A stretch of 64,000 nucleotides of DNA. Source: Mizuhopecten yessoensis. Taxonomy: Eukaryota. The stretch's first letter is position 1; each line of letters starts with the position of its first letter. The position numbers were made by a program, and so were the translations under genes. Shown here one piece after another: positions 54,401 through 64,000 of the stretch. Under the pieces are notes generated by a model. It was not told where the DNA came from and made no database searches. It saw only the letters and a list, made by a program, of their open reading frames with translations. The DNA lies in the NCBI RefSeq assembly GCF_002113885.1, contig NW_018408913.1, positions 451,537 through 515,536 on the forward strand, given 5' to 3'.

Positions 54401-55255
54401 GGTAGATTTGTGCAGTGAAGTTGATTTTGCTTACATATGGATATCTCTGCACGTAGATATGTAACATAAAGCTTAATGTAGGGATATATAGGCTAACTCT
54501 ACATATACATTGATTACATTGATTACCTGATCATATAGCGATATTATATACGCTAACCTGGGGGCATGCATCCTTTTTGCAGGAAGATAAGACAGAGGAC
54601 ATTCCGCTATCAGGGTCATGCGCAACCAATCAGGCACACTGCATGCTTCCTCAATGATAACCTGTGTGCTTACCTAACTTTATAATATTTGTTTTGAGGA
54701 AACATTTAAAGCGTTTATAGATGTCTTGATGTCAGTACATATTATAACAAATATTGAAAAGGCAAGATCATAGTAGTATCTCATTATATGACTCGGTAGT
54801 ATATCATGGTATGAATGATTTACCAAGCGTTTCTATGTCAAATGTCACTAGGTTTCATTAAGTATCGATGTAGTTATGAATACTCCATCATCAGACAAAC
54901 ACTAAATTCCCTTCAAAAAATACCGAACCTAAAACACCATGACAGTGTTAGAAGACATGCTTCCTTTTCAATTCCATATTTTGATTACTGAAGAAAATGT
55001 CTGTATTATTGGGTATTTGATGATTATTTTCAGAATGAAATAAACAAACTTCAAGACGAAATCACAAAAACAAAGCGAACGGTACAACAGAAGGCTTCTA
55101 CAGTGAAAACCAGTGTCAACCGTAAAATGCGAGACTCGCACTCACCAAAGTTAACAAGAGGCGACGCTCTAGACCAAAAGGACACCAAAAATGGGGTACA
55201 GCTTCTGAGAGTGACTTTCATGTCGGAAGGCAGAGACAACACAGTCTGTTCTTGA
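33401..55255 (+). CDS. Two-pore-domain potassium channel (KCNK family, TREK/TALK-like), 347 aa, 5 coding exons
   Basis: Exons 33401-33554, 42641-42802, 45990-46322, 49033-49205 and 55034-55255; 1044 nt, in frame. M1 GALVFSALE, cap cysteine NHTC, P1 WDF..TTIGYGNLAP, P2 YYCFVTLSTIGFGDY, M4 WILFGLSY. An in-frame TAA lies 18 nt upstream of the ATG. Confidence 0.94.
35336..36410. repeat. 47-bp minisatellite, ~23 copies (K2P intron 1)
   Basis: Unit GGTCTTATAACGGCGGTGTCGATTGGTGGGGGTCACACAACAGCAAT. Confidence 0.95.
38382..38876. repeat. Degenerate ~31-bp tandem repeat
   Basis: Consensus ~TTTAATGAACTGCGAATGTTGAGACAAA, about 16 diverged copies. Confidence 0.8.
44890..45089 (-). mobile_element. tRNA-derived SINE with V-domain-like core
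   Basis: Minus strand: box A GATGGCTCAGCGG, box B GTTCGATTCC, then GGTTTTTATCGGGTACACCTGTTTCCTCCCAC. Confidence 0.7.
48211..49013. repeat. 29-bp minisatellite, ~27 copies, abutting the K2P exon 4 acceptor
   Basis: Unit TGTCCTTGTGATGATGCTGTAGTATATTT. Confidence 0.95.
50777..52308. repeat. 30-bp minisatellite, ~50 copies (K2P intron 4)
   Basis: Unit TTACCAGTAGTCTAATTAACACATGGACGT; an 'n' at ~51526 suggests an assembly join. Confidence 0.95.
53123..54355. repeat. 51-bp minisatellite, ~24 copies (K2P intron 4)
   Basis: Unit ATAGGGACATCCCTGCAGGTAGTTATACATAATATAGTTAAATGTGTCTGC. Confidence 0.95.
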
Positions 55256-57069
55256 CGTCATTGAAATTATCAGCGACATTAACAGTTTAGGTTATCACTA
55301 TAAAACTGAAAGAAGCTAAGAATTTATTTATAACTCATAAATACAGTTCAAAAGTCTATGTGAGTGTTTGACTATATACATGCAACACATCAAGCGGGGT
55401 GACTACATGACGACCATGATGATTCAGTATAGCGTGTTTATGTCGCCATCCAATGTGGGTGAGATTAGGGCTGCACAGTGTGATATCGAAAACCCCAAGG
55501 CTGTACAAATAGCGTGATTTTGACGTAACGAATGTGGACAAGTTAAAGTCTGATTTAAAATGTTTTATCATTGTACTGTGTTGAGCAACATCTTATTATT
55601 TTTGGAGGAAAGTCACAATGTATTCTTTTAATGAATTTAATGTCGTCATATTTTGTCATTTGATTCAGAGTGTTTCCAATACCTAATTTATATAATAGTT
55701 ATCCGTATACAAACTAAAGATATGACAATATGTCTAATATAGTCGTTGACGAGCCAGATATTGGATGGTGTGGAACTTCCAAAAGTGACAAATTATACGC
55801 AAGGTGATCCACGAATCCATTCAGTGAAGAGAAGATTTTTAAAATTTGAAAAGGAAATATTGACGGATGCTCATCCAGGCCTTAATGAAGGTGGGGGTTT
55901 TGGGTTTTTTTTTTGCATATCAGAACATGATATGTATTTTTAACTCACAACTGAATGACGTGACTCATGTAACGCACACACCTCTATGGATGTCCTAAAT
56001 ATCGTTCCAGACAGTGAGAAATGTCAGGTGTCGTAGTACTCAAGTCTTGTTATATATCCATTCACTTACCGGAATCACGTAATCCCCTAGATACTTGTCA
56101 CAATTTAATGTAGTGATTAATCAAGATAAACATAATAAAAGGATTCATTGGTGATCGTTAGGATAATCCATGGATTATCACAGCGTCTAGATATTACTGT
56201 GAACACGTGCCCGTTATCACATCCCAGACGAGCAACTTTTGTACATTAATCTCATAACAAACACATAGCTCATTCATGTAACTTGTTTGTAAAGGCCAGA
56301 GAAAAACTTTTTTGAAATACTGAGGTATTTTTTTTTAATTCTTATAGAATGTCCAAGAAAGAAAAATGTGTCTAGAGGGATTGGTTTGATCTGTAAATGT
56401 AATTCTTATTAAGGGAGTCGAAAGTTTAAAATACTTTAATGATAAATGCTCTTTCCGGAAAATAAGGCTGACGATAATTTGCATAAAAAAGCATGTGTTG
56501 TGGTTTTTCACAATGACGGTGTGGTTTATATTTTAAAAATCTCAATTTATACATTTGTTCATGTAGAAATTTCGTTTATTTCGTAATTCTGAAAAATGGG
56601 AAATAACGGTAGCATGTGTTCTGTATTCATTAAAATATATCTGTGTTTTTGGTAGAGTACTTAATCGTGTAAATGCTGAGTTAATAATAGATCCAAGATG
56701 AATGGTTTATGTACTTTGTTTTCTTTTTCCATGTTTGTTGACTTACCGACTATTAAAATGAACCGATAACTTCACCTACTGTGATATATACTATGTTCGA
56801 TAAAATGCAATTATTATTAATGTGTTTTCTCTTTATTGAAAAGAATAGCATACCATAGTATGAATTATCTCCCTTGCAGCATTGTACAGACAGTAAATTC
56901 GTTCAATACGGCAACATAGTCAGGAAAACTTAATAAGAGTGGAGGATATGTTTTATAAACCAGATAACCTTGCTTGCCAGATAATAGCACGAATAGAATC
57001 AAATTTAGCCAATATCTTTTAGCTATAATTACGGTTGGGATGTCATTGTCAGAGACGAACCACATTAGC

Positions 57070-57227
57070 AAATGCTCGTCCGGTCGTTTTTTGACAGTGT
57101 AACTGCATCTTTGTAGCTAGCGACGTACCACACTCTTGCCGGGAAATGCTCGTCCGGTCGTTTTGTGACAGTGTAACTGCATCTTTGTAGCAAGCGACGT
57201 ACCACACTCTTGCCAGGAAATGCTCGT
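57070..57227. repeat. 74-bp direct tandem duplication
   Basis: AAATGCTCGT recurs at 57070, 57144 and 57218 with near-identical intervening sequence. Confidence 0.85.
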
Positions 57228-57440
57228 ACAAGATTTTTTATTTTTTTGTCGTAATTATGAAACACAATCCTCTGAAAATAAATTCGTATTTTCATGTTGT
57301 TGTATGAGGCTATGTACACTAGTAAAAAGTGTCATCTTATCATTCTACCTGTACAACCTTCCTCACACGTACGACAAGCTTCATGTAACAAATTACCTAG
57401 CCAGGGGATACCGTCGTAATCTCATGTATGGTGTGGTCAT

Positions 57441-57570
57441 GTGACGTCCGATAACACTCTTATCAAGTGCATACATACCTGGACCCCGCCCTATTCTGCT
57501 CCGTGTATAAATAGGTGTTTAACTGTGGCCGGTCACCGAGGTCTCTACCATCCACTGCCATCGTCTCAAG
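57441..57570 (+). promoter_or_regulatory. Galectin promoter and non-coding first exon
   Basis: CRE-like GTGACGTC at 57441, GC box CCCCGCCC at 57484 and TATAAATA at 57506-57513. A donor AAG|GTAGGT after 57570 would splice to the acceptor at 58339. Confidence 0.65.
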
Positions 57571-58363
57571 GTAGGTACACATTCTAGTGTTCAGTTTGAA
57601 TGACACCAATTTCCTTGTTTAAAATTCTTACTAAAAAGTAATTTCAGTATTCACTTTTTTTCATTAACACCAAAGGTAGTTATAAAAGGTAAAAACGAGG
57701 TTCATAATCTTTTTTGAACAAGAACTGTCGCCTCTAACCGCATAGTAGAAGTCCTTAAATGAGATAAGTGTGTGTTGTCAATATCAATATTGTAACTAAA
57801 AGCATATTCTGGTAAAATTATTTGGCAAAAATATAAGTTATCCTGAATATAATATTATGATACATGGAAAAAACACCTTCCTGTGTTGTTAAAATTATCT
57901 TTATAGAAACTTTAAATTTAAAATAATTCAACATTTAACTGAATAATTAAGTAGGCAACGAAACTCTCCTGCGGTAAAAGGAACATACCAATGGAGCATC
58001 CTTGCGTTATTTACTTGTTTTATTCACTGTGATGTATATATTATATGCCATATAGTAAGAAGTAATTTGCATCTTACATGACATAATTATGGCGGTGACA
58101 ATCTTACGGACTACTTACTCCATGATACCTGGATACATACATCCACTAGTGAACATTCTAATTGCACTGTCATATTTCACAGACGAAATGTTATTGACAT
58201 GGCGGATTACGAGGGTTATGGCCCTGTATAAGTTTTTCCTCGTGCCAGCTATAAACGTGATTGAGAATGATCTTATAGTATTTTTGATGGGTTTTACAGG
58301 TTGACATTATATGATCATAAGTTCGCTTAACTTTACAGGCCGCCATACCGTCCATCTACAAGC

Positions 58364-61300
58364 ATGTCCTACCAAATAAGCAGAGTGGTAAGATACTATT
58401 AGTTGTATTAGAATATAATTTTGTATAACATTATCTCTATATCATCCTACTAAATTCAGATGGTTTTCATATCAACTATAAATGCCACTGCCAAATTGAC
58501 GACATAATCATTAATGATATCTAAGCAGCTGTTCAATGATGTATTCAAATACATACAATTATTTTTTCAGAAAGTACTGAATTTTAATAAATAAATGTAA
58601 TTTTCTATGAGATAAAAATATACAGAACGTAAAAAACCCATTAGAAGTAAACTCTTTACAGTCAGTGTTTCGTAGTAAATATAAAAGCCAAATGGAAAAT
58701 GACATGTTCAACATGGTGTGCCAGTCCGATTCATGGAGTTTGTCAGTTCCAGTTGGCAGTAATATTGAACATGCATAACGCACACGGTCTATCACTGTTT
58801 AAGTTAACGCAGAGTCGTTTTATTCTAATGTTATATTCACATATCTAAAATGTAGATTTTGTATATCAAATAATGAAAATATTGAAGCCAACATTTCCAG
58901 CACCATTAGCAATTATTAACATATTAAATGTTTAAATCAATAAAGACAACATTCCTATCACCATTATTACTGATATAATCAGTCCAATAAAGGTATTAAG
59001 GCTCCAGCCAACGTGAGGGGGATGTTTGGTATTGACCAAGGATATATTTGTATAAGTATGACACGTTATCGGTATAATCCACAGCGGAGTACATGATAAC
59101 ACCGCAGATACTGTAGTGTGGTCAACTGATGTGGGGAACAAACAACACCCGCACTGACCAATCACCTTACATTAACCATCAGTTAAAAAGTTATTTTAAG
59201 ATTAGCTCAACAAGTTATGCTCTAATCCCCTTAACGATACAAACACTTAATCCTTTATGTCGTAATGTTTGTTATACATATTAATAAAGGGTAAAAAAAG
59301 GAGGAAATAACTCTGCTCAACACTAGAGGGAGATCAGCCAGGGACTCTTATTGAAACTGAAACACGGAAACAAATAAGTGCAACTGGAATGCAGATTTTT
59401 TTTTAGTTTAGGTTGTTTATGCAGTTTACACGTATGTGTTTCACCTTGGGCTGATTATAACACATGACTGGATGAATCAACGTGTCCTGAAACAGAGACA
59501 CTATCTATTACGCTGATAATATTGTACAGCTTCAAATTGCCTTCAAACTTAAATTGAATAATATTGGTTGATGTTTTATAATTTTATGCGATAGACAACT
59601 GTTAGGTCTAAATCAGTCACTAAGTTTTATTTTACAATCCTTGATTTACCTTTGTCGTATTGTGGGCGCTGGGATATCGTATAGTTATCCCTCCCACGCT
59701 CAGAGATTAGGCGATATGACGTGGTATGGGTTGGATATTGGAGGAAGTCAAGTAGTGATGTATTGGGATGACGGGTATAGCTCCTAGGTTAAGGGACAAG
59801 GATGTGTGGTTAGAAAACTATTTTTTTCAACACATTCCCGAAATGCAATCTCGATGTTGTAATCTTTATTGTAAAAAATCTTCAAACCTTTTGATTCTTT
59901 ACATCATTTGGTGTTTCCAGGGAAAGCATGGTTTAATGAAATCTTGTCGGAGAGATATATAAAACACTTTCTCTTTTACCAATGAAATTTAAATTTAATT
60001 TGTATTTCATGTTATTTTACTACTTCATTCTGATGGTAACTTATAGATATATTTAATCTGTTGTATTTGTCCTGCGAAGGGAAGGTATATATATGTCATG
60101 TAAAACAGTTATTATCATCTTTAATACAAAGAGTATAATAATTTGATATTAACCTATTACCTCAAAAACATATCATCAACGAATCAGTACATTTGTGACC
60201 GTGAAGAATGAAAACAACGTTCACGTTTTGTAGCTTGTGGCATTCTGACCACATCGGTAAACACAAATAATGTGAATTTCAAATACAGTCTGACCAAGTA
60301 TTCAACCTATCTACCCAGGTCAACCTCGACCGTGGTATATCTGTAATGAATGGTTTATTTATTGTACATACCCATGTCAACCTCGACCGTCGTATATCTG
60401 TAATGAATGGTTAATTTATTGTACATACCCGGGAATGTATAAGATATCACCAATTATGACTGGTGTGGACACTATCTGGCGAGTACAGTTTGTCTGGTGG
60501 TGGGAGTGACCACTGTACTCGCTATCTCGGACCACTTGTCTAGTTATTTGTATCTGTCATACGACAGCAGGTACGATAATTTATCACTAGGTTGCTGATT
60601 AGAAATTTTTGTAATTGGCTAAGATTCAGGTGAAATTTTCATGACCAATTACTTGTCACCAGGCCTATATCTTGTATGAAAGGACATCACATTGGCTTTT
60701 TAGCATGAACTGCATAAATTTCAGGTGAAATTATCATGGCCAATTAGTTGTCACCAGGCCTATATCATGTAGGAAGGCCATCTTACCGACTTTTTAGCAT
60801 ATACTTCAAACCCTCTCTATACAATCATATCCATAAATAAAAGAGAATGCCGAAGAGGGAAAAAACTGTAATTCGAACTGCGGAAAGACCCTTGAAAAAT
60901 ACTTCGAGAGCAAAACCAGATATTTAAATAGCTAAATATAAATACGTGTTAACGTAATCATACTTATTCTCTGAAAATATCGAAGATAGTAACACTTGCT
61001 AAACATCAATGTCCTTGAAATCTGTGAGCGACATTGTTAAATTATAAGAGAAAAATGATATCGTGGTCACATGGTTTAAGTAATAATAAAGGTCTTTTAT
61101 GTATTCTTTAAAAAAAACACATCTATCTTGCCGCTCTTTGTCAAAACAGGTCTACACAAAATTATATTGTAAAGAGCACACGATTGGAACATGTACACCC
61201 TTCCACTCTGTAATGTCTCGCCCACGCTAAGGGATCCATTGATGACGTGCCAGGCGGTATTCAGTGGGATTTAAAGCGGTCAATTTACAATGTAGACGTA

Positions 61301-63667
61301 CTTTACATCGTAGCTTTCTGATATGAATTCGATAGTACGAGTTAGAAGGTCATGTTTGCTTTGTTTGTTTACCCTATCGTCTGCCCGAACCAATATATCT
61401 GAACACCCGACACATATTACTCATACTGCCCTACCCGATAGTGTAGTTGTGCTGACTGTACAAAATTCACATTTTTACTGCACTAGGCTGTATGGTCAAT
61501 AAACCATGTAACACTCAAATAAAGCATTTTATATTGATATTTGCTTGCACTTTGATGTCATATTTGGGGAAAACAAGTACGGGCAAGTACCAAAAAGGAT
61601 AGGTACACAAGGTAATATAAAATGCACTTAGATATGCATTTAAAACAATATGCATTCATACATCTATATTAAACGAGAATATATTAAGATGATAAGAAGG
61701 ATATGCAGTTATTTATGCTTTAAAGAGTAAATGCATTTTTACATGTAAAATAGAATTGATATGCATTTATACCTGTATATAAAATGATATGCATTTCTAT
61801 ATGAGTATTAAAAGGAGAAGTGTTCATACACTTGTATACAAAAGATACACACTCATACATGTATATGAAAAGAACCTCTTGTGTTATTATCTAGTTTCAT
61901 GTTATATACGATAAACAGTTATTGCGTAAAACAACAGTATTGTTCGCTTTAACAGTATTGTATCGAATACTGTTAACATTTATGATATTAAATTGGATAT
62001 TGGTCACAATAATGAAATATGGGGGAAAATGCAGCGATGGTTCTGATTCCAAAAGTCGATCGACCGTGAAGGTTTAAATAAAATATTGCAATCAATTGTT
62101 GAATACAAAATAAGATTTCGAACATAAATATAAAATGATTGAATATTGCAACGTTTGATACGCAATATGTTCCTGTGACGTATCCTCTTGATGCGTTCAT
62201 ATCAGTGATACATACCCTGTGACATGCTTGCTGAAATATACATATACACAGTACTTTCGCCGACGTTTGGAAGATTTGATGAAAACTAGATAATTAACCG
62301 TGTAAATGAAACTAGCAACCATTATACATTGCATTTGGTACTTGACCTTTGTAAAGAATTCATTTACCTAAAATACTCGATAGTCAAAATTTTGTTTCCT
62401 AAAACAAGACTTTTTAATACTTGTACGTTGTTAAGTAGAATTGTTCATTCCATTACAGAACCTTCCGGCAACTTACAGGATTCCTAATGGACTCCATGTA
62501 GGGAAGCAGATTATCATACGAGGCAGAGTCACCTGGGGCACAGATGTGTAAGTGTGTCAATTATACCTAATATATTCTAATGTGCACAAGCAATAACAAT
62601 GTTTTTCTTGAAATGAGCAATATGAAGAAATACATTTTAGAGTCAGCATCGACAATTTTACTTGCAATAGTATAATTACTGATTTTAACACATAAATAGG
62701 TACATTGTATAGCATGAAGTGCATTTTCAATAGTATATGTTGAAACATATTAAACACAGGGACTGATCAAAGGAGTGTGATAAATAAAACATAACCTTAA
62801 AATGAAATGAAATCTTATATGGATTGGCTTGGTAATAGTGGCTGTATATGACGAATTCCAGATTCGCCATCAACTTACAGCAAGAGGAGAACCCTACCGA
62901 CGGGGAAATCGCTTTCCACTTCAACCCCCGTCCCAGTGCCAGTACGTGTGTGCGCAACTCGTTCGCCGGAGACTGGATGGAGGAGGAGACTGACCAGCCC
63001 CACTTCCCGTTCGACGATGGGATGTCCTTCCTCCTCCGTATCGAGGTCGCTGAAGACGGATTCCGGACTTACGTTCACGGCAAACCTTACATCAACTTTG
63101 CACACCGGCTGGACTACGGCAACGTGCATTACCTACACCTGACCACAGGGGTGGAGTACTATGATATCACCTTTCAAGAGAGATACGTGCGTACCTAATT
63201 TGCATATTTTTTCACTAAATTGAAGTAAAATCTATCATGGCAAAACAAATTGCAAAATCTTAACCATTCTTGACCAACAAGCGATAAGTAACGTCTTATA
63301 TCTAGTTAAAATATAATGTATGTATTTGTCCTTCACAATTTCAAAAACATGACTTGTTGAAAACAAAATTGAAATTTGATATCAATTATTTGCATTATTC
63401 TTTATGACTCATGCTTGACAAAAGGACCAGTCTGTCTTGAAACGTAGCGAGACGTCGAATACTTACACTATTGGTGCATAAAGTAACACTTTGATATTGA
63501 AAATTTCGAAACTGATAAATCTTATTGAAGATAACAGTGACATTAAATTTAAGTAATTAATTTGTGATGATTTTGTATTAGACACTGCCATACCGCACTG
63601 AGATTCCCGGTAGTATGAATGTTGGGAAGGCCGTCCGTGTCCGAGGAGCTGCCCAGGACAACGATGG
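58364..63667 (+). CDS. Multi-CRD galectin, 5' part (CRD1 complete, CRD2 begun; continues beyond window)
   Basis: Exons 58364-58387 (MSYQISRV), 62459-62547, 62862-63186 and 63582-63667; GT-AG with consistent phase. CRD motifs FAINL, IAFHFNPR, VRNS, WMEEE and FAHRL. A second CRD start LPYRTEIPGSMNVGKAVRVRG follows with no linker. Confidence 0.92.
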
Positions 63668-64000
63668 GTAGGTGCTAAATGATAGAAGGACGATGGGTAG
63701 GTACGAGAGGATAGAAGGACGATGGGTAGGTATTAGATGATAGAAGGACGATGGGTAGGTACGAGATGATAGAAGGACGGTGGGGAGGTGCTAGATGATA
63801 GAAGGACGATGGATAGGTATTAGATGATAGAAGGACGATGGGTAGGTACGAGAGGATAGAAGGACGATGGGTAGGTACGAGAGGATAGAAGGACGTTGGG
63901 TAGGTATTAGATCATAGAAGGACGATGGGTAGGTACGAGATGATAGAAGGACGATGGGTAGGTACGAGAAAAAAGAAGGACGATGGGTAGGTGCTAGATG
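63661..64000 (+). repeat. 29-bp purine-rich minisatellite starting at the galectin exon/intron boundary
   Basis: Unit ACGATGGGTAGGTACGAGATGATAGAAGG, 12 units visible, truncated by the window end. Confidence 0.95.

Noticed and set aside
53108-54418. 436-aa Cys/Val-rich ORF as an independent gene
   Set aside because: It coincides exactly with the 51-bp intronic minisatellite and has a TTG start.

Overview
AT-rich eukaryotic genomic DNA, most likely from a bivalve mollusc (inferred from the repeat types and the linkerless multi-CRD galectin). The ORF track is mostly uninformative because the genes are spliced. I reconstructed four genes by hand from GT-AG sites and reading-frame phase. (1) Selenoprotein W on the minus strand: 5 coding exons, an in-frame UGA in CGAU, and a SECIS in a separate 3'UTR exon. 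(2) Head-to-head with it, an 11-exon Kelch-repeat gene on the plus strand (582 aa), whose introns hold three near-identical H/ACA RNAs predicted to guide U6 snRNA pseudouridines 31 and 86 (SNORA79/ACA65-like). (3) A 5-exon two-pore-domain K+ channel on the plus strand (347 aa), with minisatellite-filled introns. (4) The 5' part of a multi-CRD galectin on the plus strand, running off the window. Also present are a truncated LINE, a decayed Penelope-like element with inverted repeats and hammerhead remnants, SINE heads, MITEs and about ten tandem arrays. Most notable: the triplicated U6-guide RNA with an extra hinge hairpin, two copies of which lie in a ~290 bp duplication bracketing the LINE; a candidate internal SELENOW promoter/first exon that would give a Sec-less isoform; a UGA terminator ~70 nt from the SECIS; and a minisatellite built from the galectin splice donor.
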